Shown piece by piece: positions 40,851 to 51,017 of a stretch of 64,000 nt of DNA (its first letter is position 1; each line of letters starts with the position of its first letter). The DNA is from an uncultured delta proteobacterium. GTDB lineage: Bacteria; Desulfobacterota; BSN033; UBA1163. The stretch covers positions 160,001 through 224,000 of the forward strand of contig CAVPSJ010000004.1 of the NCBI GenBank assembly GCA_963708295.1, written 5' to 3'. Below the pieces are notes generated by a model. It was not told the DNA's origin. It saw only the letters and a program-made list of their open reading frames with translations, and did no database searches. The position numbers and the translations under genes were made by a program.

Positions 40851-40966
40851 CGGCAGTATCCGTCCAACATTCCAACCCGTGACCTTTCCAAAATTTCGCG
40901 CGCCCCGTTAAGAACTGCTCTAACTCCTTATATTCCTATCCTCTTAGGAGGTTCCCCGGCCCTTTT

Positions 40967-42274
40967 CTATCGACCCATTAATGTGTAAGGCAGAAAGGTC
41001 GCGATTTGAGGAAAGAGGAAAAGAAGCGCTGCAACAAAAATAAAACTTAACAGGAACGGGAGAACGCCGCCATAAATCACTTTAAAGGATTCGCCTGTAA
41101 TGCTCTTGACCACAAAGACGCCCACCGCCACAGGCGGAATGATCGTGCCAATCATGATCGTAATCCCAATCATCACGCCGAACCAAATGGGGTCATACCC
41201 AAGCTTTGGAATAGCCGGGTACAAGATGGGAGTGGCAAGAATCATAAAGGCCATATCATCGATGAAAGAGCCCCCCAGCAAGTAGAAAAAGCAGATGACC
41301 ACCATGATCAGTTCCTTCGACAGGGGGAGCGAAGTGAGCCAATCTGCCGCAATCTGTGGAATGGTCGTGATCGCGAAGAAATGCGCCAGGATGGCGGAGC
41401 ATGCAATGAGGAAGAGGACCATGACCCCATTTCTTAACGACTCATCGATGGACTTGACAAAAAGCTTGATGGTCAGGCCCCTCCTTAACAAGGCCAGAAT
41501 CAAGACAGCAACCGTTCCGATCGTCCCTGCCTCTGTGGGCGTGAATAGTCCTGACATGATTCCACCGATCACGAGGGAAAAAATGACAGCCACGGCGATG
41601 AATTCGGGCAGCGCCCGGACCCTTTCTCCCCAGGTAAAACTCACGGTAGACTTTGGGCCAAGTGTAGGATCGATCTTACACCATACATAGATAATGGCGA
41701 TGCAGAAAAAGGAAATGAGCAATGCAGGAAATATCCCTGCGAGGAAGAGCTTCCCGATCGACTGCTCCGTCATGATGCCGAAGACGATCATCGTGATACT
41801 CGGAGGGAGGATAATTCCAAGGGTGCCCACGCTGGCGACGGTCCCCGTGGATAACTTCTTGCTATACTTATAGTTCGTCATTTCCGGGATAGCGACCATT
41901 GAAAAAGTGGCAGCCGTGCCGAGGGTAGAGCCGGACATGGCTTTAAACATCGTCGCTGCAACCACCGTCGCCATGGCCAGACCTCCCGGGATGCGACCGA
42001 TCAATTTGTAGGCGGCGTCATAAAGTCTCTTGGCGATCCCTGAATGAAAGGCGATTTGCCCCATGAGCATGAAAAGGGGGATGACCGTCAAGCTATACGC
42101 GGATAAAGTGTCGAGGAAATCCTGGGCGAAAAGATTAAAGGCAACGTCAAACCCCGAGAGCAAGGCGTAACCCACGATCCCTGTGATGGCGATTCCGAAA
42201 GCCAATTCGATCCCCGTAAGAAAGAAAAAGAGAATAAAGAAACACGCGATAATGCCCAGGGTGATCTCATCCAT
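40967..42274 (-). CDS. dctM: TRAP transporter large permease
   Basis: IPLFMLMG, GTLGIILPPS, FTPTEAG, YDPIWFG. Confidence 0.95.
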   Translation of the reverse strand: MDEITLGIIACFFILFFFLTGIELAFGIAITGIVGYALLSGFDVAFNLFAQDFLDTLSAYSLTVIPLFMLMGQIAFHSGIAKRLYDAAYKLIGRIPGGLAMATVVAATMFKAMSGSTLGTAATFSMVAIPEMTNYKYSKKLSTGTVASVGTLGIILPPSITMIVFGIMTEQSIGKLFLAGIFPALLISFFCIAIIYVWCKIDPTLGPKSTVSFTWGERVRALPEFIAVAVIFSLVIGGIMSGLFTPTEAGTIGTVAVLILALLRRGLTIKLFVKSIDESLRNGVMVLFLIACSAILAHFFAITTIPQIAADWLTSLPLSKELIMVVICFFYLLGGSFIDDMAFMILATPILYPAIPKLGYDPIWFGVMIGITIMIGTIIPPVAVGVFVVKSITGESFKVIYGGVLPFLLSFIFVAALLFLFPQIATFLPYTLMGR

Positions 42275-42752
42275 TCTTCACTCCTTTGTCATCAAATATC
42301 TCGGAAAGCGATACAAGACACTGGACCAGGCAACTGAATGCCAAACCAAAGACGACAGGATAAAAGGGAACTCGAAGGGTCATGGTAACTGTATTGGTTA
42401 GATAGAAGTTCCTTCCCATCAGGGCAAGGTAGATTGCCCCAAAAAGAAAGAGAAGCACCCCCAAAAGTTTTGTGACGATCAGAAGGACTCGCCGCGTCTC
42501 CGCCGGAAGCTTTGAACTGACAAGATCCACATTGATGTTGGCTCCTTTTAACGAACCGCGAGGGAGCGCAAACCCTGCCACAGCAGCTCCCAAAAACGCG
42601 ACGATTTCATAGGTGCCCAGGATGGGCTTTCTGAACAGACGCAGGATGACGTCCGCCAGGGTGAGAGCTGCCATGAAGAGAAGGATGCTTCCTGAAATGA
42701 CCGACATATAGGTACTTAACCGCACTACCATCGCAGAAAATGCTCGCATCAC
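42267..42752 (-). CDS. dctQ: TRAP transporter small permease
   Basis: 4 TM helices, DVILR...PILGTYE, INVDL. Confidence 0.9.
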   Translation of the reverse strand: MMRAFSAMVVRLSTYMSVISGSILLFMAALTLADVILRLFRKPILGTYEIVAFLGAAVAGFALPRGSLKGANINVDLVSSKLPAETRRVLLIVTKLLGVLLFLFGAIYLALMGRNFYLTNTVTMTLRVPFYPVVFGLAFSCLVQCLVSLSEIFDDKGVKNG

Positions 42753-42965
42753 CGTTCTCCCTTACCGTCAGAAAACCCGCTGCAGGCAGCGGGGATGAAA
42801 AGTATTTTTGCAGGTTGTTCAGCCAACCCCGGATAGAGATTTATCTCAAAACGGGGCAAAACACGGGGTTTAATCGCCCACATGAGCCTTCCGCCGCCCT
42901 TCACCCTCCCTCTCCCCCTGCACTGGGAGTAGGCATGGGATAGGGTGAGGGGTAAAACCCGCCTG

Positions 42966-43991
42966 TCATGACGAATGAGACTTTATAAAATCCTGAAGGA
43001 ACTTCAAGGACTCTTCCCCGGGCAGCCCTTTCTCCTTCATTCTTTTCACATAATCCGCAAGAACCGGTATCATTTTTTCCCTCGTGATCGCTACCTCTGC
43101 CGGCGAGATCTTGAACACTTTCATGCCTTTTGAAACGCCGAATTCAATGCCTTCCTTCGTCGTTTCGTCCCACAGCCTTCCCTGTTTTTCGATATATTCT
43201 TCGCTGACCTTTTCGAACGTTTTTTGAATATCCGCGGGCAACGAATCCCATTTCCCCTTATTCATCACAAGACATTGAGCGGAGGGATACCCTAATCCGT
43301 CGTTATCCTGCAGACCCCTGATCAGGTCTCCAAATCGCCAGCCCTTCAAGGCTTCGGCAGGGAAAATGACGCCCTCGACGACACCCCTCTGTAGCCCCTC
43401 ATAGATATCCCCCATCGGCACGGACACAGCGATGGCCCCCATGGCCGTGACAATCTTGGCCGTGTCCCCCGCCGCCCTTATTTTCAAATTTTTCAAGTCA
43501 TTGATCGAGGGGAGCGGTTTCAGAGTCATAAACACACCCGGGGGCGCACAGTTCTGATAGAGGACCTTCACATCATCATATTCTTTTGGCTTAAATTTCT
43601 TATACCATTCATTGATCATCACTGTTCCTTGGTAACCGCTTTTTACACCCAGGGGAAGATATAATGCTTCCGTTAAGGGGAATCTTCCGGCCATCCATTG
43701 TTGAGAACTCAGGGAAATATCCGCGATGCCCCGGACGGCTCCCTCATAGGACTGGTTCGCCGGAACCAATGTCCCCCCCGGAAGATAGGTCATCTTCACC
43801 CTTCCATTGGTCTGCTTCTCTATCTCTCTGCACCACTGTTCTGCAAGGATGCTGCACTTATGAACCGGCGGAAAAAAATTTGCGACCTTGAGCTTGATGA
43901 CTTCTTGCGAATGAGTCGGAAAGGGCGCCGCTAAGAGGAAGAGCGCAATAAAAATACATAGAACTCCAATCGATGGATACTTTTTCATCAC
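42966..43991 (-). CDS. dctP: TRAP transporter substrate-binding protein
   Basis: Signal peptide, TNGRV, DLKNLKIR, YEGLQRGVVEG, WDSLP. Confidence 0.93.
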   Translation of the reverse strand: MMKKYPSIGVLCIFIALFLLAAPFPTHSQEVIKLKVANFFPPVHKCSILAEQWCREIEKQTNGRVKMTYLPGGTLVPANQSYEGAVRGIADISLSSQQWMAGRFPLTEALYLPLGVKSGYQGTVMINEWYKKFKPKEYDDVKVLYQNCAPPGVFMTLKPLPSINDLKNLKIRAAGDTAKIVTAMGAIAVSVPMGDIYEGLQRGVVEGVIFPAEALKGWRFGDLIRGLQDNDGLGYPSAQCLVMNKGKWDSLPADIQKTFEKVSEEYIEKQGRLWDETTKEGIEFGVSKGMKVFKISPAEVAITREKMIPVLADYVKRMKEKGLPGEESLKFLQDFIKSHSS

Positions 43992-44336
43992 AGCCTCCTT
44001 TATGATTCTCCGTTTGTCTTCAAACCTCTGGAATTTTAGAAAATGTGGAAAGTTTGAAAAAGACTTTCTTTTTTCCTGCTTGTGGTCGTTTCTTTTACCA
44101 TCCCCCCCATTCCCCGTTCGCTTTTCAAAGAACGCGAGTTCTGATCACCCCCTTTCATCCATACCTATCAACGGTTTGGGTCAAGACCAAGTTGGGTTCG
44201 AAATCTCTTGCGAAATTCGTCGCCGTCGGGCTGAAAGGACGGAAGAACCCAGGGCATGGTCTTCAGATTATCAAGCATCGTCGGGAGCAGAACATATGGA
44301 ATCGATATCAGCTGGAGCCCCGGATTAAGCCTCCTC

Positions 44337-45275
44337 TCAGGTTTTCTTAAACTCTTCAATAAAATCTCTTACTGTATCTTCTAAAGAATAAGTCACACGC
44401 CATCCCCATTCCTTTTCTGCTTGATCACCTTTAATGATCTTTGGAATAGTGGCTAAGCCGATGGCCGCATTCGGATCAGGTTTAAAATTAATTCTCGCAT
44501 CCGGATAATATCTTTTTACAACCTGGACAAGGTCCTTCGCGGTGGGTGGCGGCATAATCTGTCCCAGGTTGTACACCCTTGTAATGATCTTGCTCTGATC
44601 GGCGTCATGGAGCAAGATCAGACTCCGGATGGCATCCTTAATGTACAATAAGGGCAGAATCGTGTCCTCCGACGTCCAGACGTCAAAGGGTTCTCCCTTG
44701 ATGGCTGCTTCAATGAGCCACGGATGATACTGACCAAACCCGAAAGTTTTCACATTTGGGCCAATCAGTTGTGGGAAACGGATCCCTCTGAAGTCGATAC
44801 CGAACTTTCTGTGATAGTACAGGCCCAGATGCTCGCTGAAAACCTTCGTCACCCCGTAGATCAACGTTGGCCTTTGTCTCGTATCCTCGGTCACGATCGT
44901 ATCTGGGGTGACGGTATACGTACCCATGGAGCTTGTATAAAGAACCTTTTTGACCTGAAATAATCGTGCGGCCTCCAGAACGTAAAAGGTCCCGAGGGCA
45001 TTAATGTTAACGGAGGCCCAGGGGTTAGCCTCGGATACTGCTGATAAGATTGCCGCTAAATGAAAAACAGTCTCTACTTGATGCTGTTGCACAGCATTTA
45101 AGACCTCGGGCCAATTGGTGATATCCCCTTTTATCTTCGTTACCTTTTTTTCTCCAGCAAAGAGTGAGTCACTGATCACTTTGTCAAAGATGACGATCTC
45201 TTCCCCTCTCTTCAGAAACTCCCTTGCCAGTTGAACCCCTATGAAGCCCGCACCGCCCGTAATCAGGATTGCCAT
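44337..45275 (-). CDS. NAD-dependent epimerase/dehydratase (L-threonine dehydrogenase-like SDR)
   Basis: ITGGAGFIG, HLAAILSA..E, YGVTK, DFRGIRFP. Confidence 0.88.
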   Translation of the reverse strand: MAILITGGAGFIGVQLAREFLKRGEEIVIFDKVISDSLFAGEKKVTKIKGDITNWPEVLNAVQQHQVETVFHLAAILSAVSEANPWASVNINALGTFYVLEAARLFQVKKVLYTSSMGTYTVTPDTIVTEDTRQRPTLIYGVTKVFSEHLGLYYHRKFGIDFRGIRFPQLIGPNVKTFGFGQYHPWLIEAAIKGEPFDVWTSEDTILPLLYIKDAIRSLILLHDADQSKIITRVYNLGQIMPPPTAKDLVQVVKRYYPDARINFKPDPNAAIGLATIPKIIKGDQAEKEWGWRVTYSLEDTVRDFIEEFKKT

Positions 45276-45277
45276 AT

Positions 45278-46254
45278 TCAGTCCCCCTTGTATTTCCTGA
45301 GGATACCCAGGATTCCTAATAGTTTCTTGTCCCTTATTTCTTCCTCATTCCCCTTCGTGCTTCCAGCCTGATAGTCAAAAAATCCCTTTCCTGTCTTTTT
45401 ACCCAGGAATCCCTTTTCGACCATCTCGGCTAACGTCTTTTGGGGCTTCTTAGAATCATCAAACAGTGGATAAAGGTTTGTCGCCCCTTGAAACCACAGA
45501 TGCACCCCTGCAAGATCAACCGTCGCAAGAGGTCCGATCGCCGCCAACCTCAGCCCAAAACTTCCACTGACTGCCCTGTCAATATTTTCGGCGGTCGCCA
45601 CACCAGCCTCTAATAAGCCGATCACCTCTCTGAACATCGCGGTCTGGATTCGGTTGACCAGAAAGCCCGGCACTTGCTTCAGGATATGGACCGGTTCTTT
45701 GCCCATTTCTTTTAAGAAGAGAGAGGGTCCATTGGAGAGTCTTTTCCGTGGTGGCCTCCGTTTTCAGAACTTCGACCACTGGAATCAGGTGGGGTGGATT
45801 AAACCAGTGGGTGATGAGCAATCGGTCACTTTTTCGAATCCCTTTTCCCACTTCCGAGATATTGAGTCCGGAGGTATTGCTCGCCATGATCACGTCGTCA
45901 TCTCGTCGCCGCATCAATCTCCTTAAAAACTTCCTTCTTAAGATTCAGATCCTCAAAGACTGCCTCGGTGACGAAGTCCGCACCTTGAACGGCCTCCCGA
46001 AGATTTCTGGTTGTTTCGATTCTCGACAGGACTCGATCCACAACGGTTTCATCTTCGAATCCTGTATCAATACAGAGTTTCAGGTTGGAACGAATTCTCT
46101 CTTTTGAAGTCCTCAGGACGTTCTCATTGATATCGTAAAGCTTCACGGAACAGCCACCCCGTGCGAACACCTGGGCAATCCCATGTCCCATCAGGCCTGC
46201 GCCGACAACGGCGACCTGTTTTATCGTCCCTTTACTCTCTATCGTCCTTGCCAT
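45278..46254 (-). CDS. 3-hydroxyacyl-CoA dehydrogenase family (two frameshifts)
   Basis: VGAGLMGHGIA, EAVFEDL..K, ASNTS, HWFNPPHL, PGFLVNR. Confidence 0.92.
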
Positions 46255-46344
46255 AAATCCTCCCTCGCATGGAATGTTCCACTATCCTTTTCAAAGGGTG
46301 TCCCGGGCTTTACATTCGTCAGGACCGCGATTGCGACACGGTCT

Positions 46345-48053
46345 CTAAACCTGCCGCCCTACAAAGGATTCATAGTAGACGACGGGAGCATAAAACTCTC
46401 TGTCAATAGCGAAATCGATCACGGCCGTCTTTCCGGAATCGAGTGCCCTCTTCAGAGCGCTTTCCACCTCACCGGGCTTCATCACCTTCTCACCATAGGC
46501 GCCAAAAGCCTTGGCCACGGCGCCATAATCAACATTGCTGAAATCGTTCACTTCGGATATCTCCGTCTTGTACATATATTTCTGGAGATGGTATTCGAAC
46601 GCCAGGGTGCTGTTGTTGAGAACCAAAACAACGACGGGTAGCCCCAAGCGCACTGCAGTTTCTATGTCAGCGACATGGTAGCCAATCCCCCCGTCCCCGG
46701 TAATGCAGATCACCCGGCCTTTATCACTGATTGCAATCTGCGCGCCGAGGGATGCGGGAAACCCCCAACCGAGGGAACCGGCGGTTCGGATATATTTCCT
46801 CCCGGGCGCTTTGATTTCGGCGAGTGCGGCGGCATAGGCACCCATGTAGCCCGTGTCTGCCACTACCACATCCTCTGGGGCGATCAGTCTGTTCAACACG
46901 TTGAAAACGAAATAGGGATTGATGGCTCCCGGGGAACCCCCGTTTCTCCGCCATCTTCTGAAATGACTCTTTCCAGCTCGCTACCATCGACTGCACTTCT
47001 TGGACCCAATCAGCCCAGGGGCAGGCCTTCTTCTTGAGGCCCGCCGTCTCCCCTGCCTCGATCAGGGACTGAAGTGCCAGCTTCGCATCGGCAACGATCG
47101 AAATCTCCTCTTTGAGATTGGCTCCCATGACGTTCGGGTCCAGGTCGATGTGAATGATTTTCGCAGAAGGGGATGGAAGTCGCCACCGCTTTGTCGTCAT
47201 GTCGCCTAAATTGGAACCGATCACGATGTACGTATCACATTTTTCAACGACATCGTTGGCAACCTTGCGCGAGTAGTTGCCGGTGACACCCACCGCAAGG
47301 GGATGGGTCGTGGAGAAGGCAGACTTTCCCGCTGCGGAGGCGACGACCGGGATGGAGAGCATTTCCGCAAATCGGTTAAGCTCCGCCCAAGCCTCTGACA
47401 TAAGAACACCGCCACCCGCCAGGATCAATGGCCGGCGCGCATTAGCGATGACCGTGATGGCCTGCTCAATCTCTCTGGCCACCGGTGGACGCCGGTAGGC
47501 GGGAAATTTCATGCACTCTGGCTCTGCATAGAGTTCTACATTGGGAAGATCTTCCTTCGTAAAGATGGTCAGCTCGGAGGGGATATCCATGTGGACAGGT
47601 CCGGGCACCCCGCTCACTGCAATCCTGATCGCACTCCTTAAGATATCCGGCAGCCTCCCGAGATTGGGTACCCGGACATTCCACTTGGTGATCGTGGAGA
47701 AGAGATCCTGCTGATCATCAATCCCCTGGTACGCATGCCGGTACTGGACAGCGGAATGGGTATCGCTTGTGATGCAGAGGACCGGGCTCTTTGCCCAGTA
47801 GGCGTCGACGAGCCCCGAAACACAGACTGCGGCCCCGGGTCCGGACTGGCCATAGGTGAAAGAAGGCTTACCCTGTAATCCTCGCATAGGCATCTGCCAT
47901 CGCCACGCCTGACCGTTCACTGTGGGGGAGAATGTACTTGATCCCGGCATCCCGCAAGCCCAGCCAGATATCCTGGTCCCCGCCGGTAAAGGCGAAGAAG
48001 TATTCGACGCCATACAGTTTCAATGTCTGACCGATGATCTGCCCTGCATTCAT
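46345..48053 (-). CDS. Thiamine pyrophosphate-dependent enzyme, acetolactate synthase-like (two frameshifts)
   Basis: HSERSGVAMADAYAR, GPGA, PGPVH, GDGG...LNN TPP motif. Confidence 0.92.
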
Positions 48054-48073
48054 GGTCTTCCTCCCATTCTCAT

Positions 48074-48578
48074 TCATTTCGCTTGGCACTCCGGCAGCCA
48101 AGATTTCCAGATAATCTCAAAGAGGGTACCCACGGCTTTGTCCGTGTCAAAATAGCAGACCTTTAAATCTCCTTTATAAGTTCTCAACATACCCTCCTGA
48201 CCTCAGCAAAGGCTTAAATCCCTCTTTGGTAAATTTTTCGTATAATTCGTCAAAATTGGGAACATTGAAGCCAAAATGCTGAACCCCTTCTCCTCGCTGC
48301 TGAAGAAAATCCATGTGAGGTGATTTTCCCTCCAACGGCTGGATCAGTTCCAACTCCATGTTGTTCCACATGGCCTTCCCCATCCTAACCTTCGCATAGG
48401 TCTGCTCTCCGTTGTAGACATGCATTTCGGGCACGAAATCATAAATCGTAAAAGGACCAACCCCCAAAAGCGACGAGTAGGAGTTCGCCGCCTTTTGAAC
48501 ATCCCTGACAACCATGCCAATCTGACTGATTGGCGGCAGCCCCAGTTTTGCTTTAAGTTTATTCATACCATCCATCAT
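48074..48578 (-). CDS. VOC/glyoxalase family protein (methylmalonyl-CoA epimerase-like), frameshift near 3' end
   Basis: QIGMVVRD, ELELIQP, GEGVQHFGF. Confidence 0.85.
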
Positions 48579-48680
48579 GAACCTCCTTTCAATTGTGTAA
48601 GGTAAGCGGAACCCGCCTTGATTGAACAGATAGAATACGAAAAATCTTATGCTTATTACTTCTGTCTTTTTTCCATAAAG

Positions 48681-49595
48681 TCACTTCTTCTGAGGTAGCT
48701 TGAGTATTTTTCTTGCTTCATCCGGCGTAGCAATCTCACGGTCAAGCTCCCTTGCAATCCGTACTGCCTTTTCCACCATCTCCGCGTTGCTCTTTGCCTT
48801 GATTCCTTTAGACAGATAAATATTGTCCTCGAATCCCACTCTAACGTTTCCTCCCAGGAGGATGCCTGCCGTAATCATGGGCCACTCGCTTAAGCCGGTG
48901 GCACACACGGACCAGGAGGCCCCTTGGGGTATGCTCCGAACCATGTGGATAAGGTTATCGACCGTTGCAGGAATCTGGCCAAGCACTCCCAGGACGCACT
49001 GAAAGTAGAGCGGCGCTTCGAGAGCACCGATGCTCTGGAGGAAAGTACAATTGTTGATCATGCCGATGTCGTAACACTCCAGCTCCGGCTTGACCTCGCA
49101 TTCTTTCATCAAGTTGGCCGCGTATACCATATCCGGGAAGCTGTGAACCATCACGAATTTAAGAAGGAACTCGTCCTTGCTCTGGCTGTAAATGTCGATG
49201 ACGGGGGACCCCGCATTAAAAGAAGCCAGATCAGGCTTGGTGTGGGGGTGCTTGCAGAGGTCGGAAATGACCGAGAAACGGCCCTTCACACTCTCCTTCG
49301 GAATTTCCCGATACAACCAATCCGCATCCACTCGATGGGCCGTTCCTCCCGTCGTACAGTTGACGATGATGTCACATCGCTCCTTAATCCCGGCAATGGC
49401 TTCCCCGAGGAACTCTGCCACGTGGTCTGACTCCCCGGTCTGAGGATTTCGGCCATGAATGTGGACGATGGAAGCGCCCGCATTCCACGCATCGACAGTT
49501 GCCTGGATTTGCTCCTTTGGTGTTTTTGGCAAATATGGATTGCCTTGGGGAGAGGAGCCCCCGGTGATCGCTGCAGTAATGATAAGCTTTTCCAT
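48681..49595 (-). CDS. Beta-keto acid cleavage enzyme (BKACE/Kce, DUF849)
   Basis: IITAAITG, HIHGR, PELECYD, VRVGFEDN, EIATPDEAR. Confidence 0.95.
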   Translation of the reverse strand: MEKLIITAAITGGSSPQGNPYLPKTPKEQIQATVDAWNAGASIVHIHGRNPQTGESDHVAEFLGEAIAGIKERCDIIVNCTTGGTAHRVDADWLYREIPKESVKGRFSVISDLCKHPHTKPDLASFNAGSPVIDIYSQSKDEFLLKFVMVHSFPDMVYAANLMKECEVKPELECYDIGMINNCTFLQSIGALEAPLYFQCVLGVLGQIPATVDNLIHMVRSIPQGASWSVCATGLSEWPMITAGILLGGNVRVGFEDNIYLSKGIKAKSNAEMVEKAVRIARELDREIATPDEARKILKLPQKK

Positions 49596-49610
49596 AGGCC
49601 CTCCAGAAGA

Positions 49611-49627
49611 GTTTACTCTTACTAAAC
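49611..49627. promoter_or_regulatory. Putative operator GTTTA-N7-TAAAC upstream of the BKACE gene
   Basis: Palindrome; second copy GTATA-N7-TAAAC at 50242-50258. Confidence 0.55.
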
Positions 49628-49644
49628 CATGGTGGTAAAAAAAT

Positions 49645-50226
49645 TCATTGCCTTCGATAGTTATATATGACGGAAAGCATTTTTATATGGCCGTCACCCA
49701 AGACCTTTGTTGTGGAATGCTCAATCCCCGAATCAAAGTAAACACTATCTCCCTTTCTCAGAGTATATTTTCTCCCTCCATAATTAAATTCCATCGCTCC
49801 CTCAAGAATATGTATAAATTCCTCTCCGTCATGTTTGAAAGTCCCCGTAGGATGTGAATCTAGAGTGGTGATGAGATAGGGTTCCATGTTCTTTCCCTTT
49901 TTCTTGTATGCCAAAGATTCATATCCGTAACCTCGGCGCAGGCCACCGGGATCCACCTTTTTTCTCTCCTCCGGCCTGACAATGACGATATTGGCGTCCT
50001 CCTGCTCACTCTCGTTATCGACAAAGAAATAAGTGATGTCAACGCCCAAAGCATAGGCAATCTTATCCAGGGTTGAAAACGGTGGTGTTTTGGATGAACT
50101 CTCAATTTGGGACAAATAACCCTTGGTAAGGCGAGTCCTCTTCGCAAGCTCCTCTAAGGTGACCCCCTGGCTCTTTCTCAAACTTTTAATCTTTGAAATG
50201 ATTTGTTTTTCATCCAACCGTGCCAT
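49645..50226 (-). CDS. XRE-family HTH + cupin transcriptional regulator
   Basis: TLEELA...TKGYLSQIE HTH; MEPYL, HDGEE, GDSVYFDS..H cupin. Confidence 0.93.
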   Translation of the reverse strand: MARLDEKQIISKIKSLRKSQGVTLEELAKRTRLTKGYLSQIESSSKTPPFSTLDKIAYALGVDITYFFVDNESEQEDANIVIVRPEERKKVDPGGLRRGYGYESLAYKKKGKNMEPYLITTLDSHPTGTFKHDGEEFIHILEGAMEFNYGGRKYTLRKGDSVYFDSGIEHSTTKVLGDGHIKMLSVIYNYRRQ

Positions 50227-50240
50227 AAGTTTAAAAAGGA

Positions 50241-50267
50241 AGTATACCATTATTAAACTTTTGTCAA
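50241..50267 (-). promoter_or_regulatory. Promoter and operator of the XRE regulator
   Basis: TTGACA and TG-n-TATACT on - strand (15-nt spacer as assembled) overlapped by GTATA-N7-TAAAC. Confidence 0.5.
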
Positions 50268-50539
50268 GCAAAAAAGGCAGGGAGGATTCGATAACCTCAT
50301 GGCCGGTGAGTCCCGCGAAGCGCGGGATCAAACGGCCCCTCTTCGTTAAATCCCGCAGAATGCGGGATTCTCTTTTGCAAAGGAAGGGGAGGAGGTTGGC
50401 GGGTGTCGCAATTGAAAAAGCATTTATGTTATGATAATTTCGGTTCTAATAAGCGGAGTTTTCCAAAGAATTTTTAGAACAAGGCTGCTGTTTTGAATAC
50501 ATTCGCTTCAGTTCCTGTTGAAATTTATTTGTGAGAAGA

Positions 50540-50974
50540 ATGGCTCAACCTGTTTCGACCAGCGTCACGTTAAAAGTGCCCTATTACGATGTAGACCTGA
50601 TGCAGATTGTCTGGCATGGAAATTACTTGAAATACTTCGAGGTGGCTCGCTGGGCACTTTTTAAGAAATACGGAGTGGATATGCAGCGCTACACGGAAGA
50701 TACGAGATACGCGTTTCCCGTAGTCCGCTCCATGATCAAGCATATCTGGCCTTTGAGGTTCGATGACGAGTTTACCTGCACGGCAGTGGTCAGGGAAGCC
50801 CGAGTTAAGATCGTTTTGGATTTTGAGATAAAGCTAATTTCTAACGGGAAGCTCTGCGTCAAGGGCTGGACTGAACAAGTGGCGGTTCTATTACCGGAGA
50901 TGGAGATGTCCTTCCAGATCCCTGAAGAAGTTCAGAAAGCCCTGTCCGGTGATGAACCGGTGAAGTCATCATAA
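50540..50974 (+). CDS. Acyl-CoA/ACP thioesterase (YbgC/ApeK-like)
   Basis: YDVDLMQIVWHGNYLKYFE. Confidence 0.9.
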   Translation: MAQPVSTSVTLKVPYYDVDLMQIVWHGNYLKYFEVARWALFKKYGVDMQRYTEDTRYAFPVVRSMIKHIWPLRFDDEFTCTAVVREARVKIVLDFEIKLISNGKLCVKGWTEQVAVLLPEMEMSFQIPEEVQKALSGDEPVKSS

Positions 50975-51017
50975 GACGGCCTTAAGAATCGAAAAGGATT
51001 TTCATAAGGAAGCTTTC

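Noticed and set aside
35900-40900. Integron cassette array
   Set aside because: Genes are co-oriented and heterogeneous, but I found no paired RYYYAAC/GTTRRRY attC structures and no integrase.
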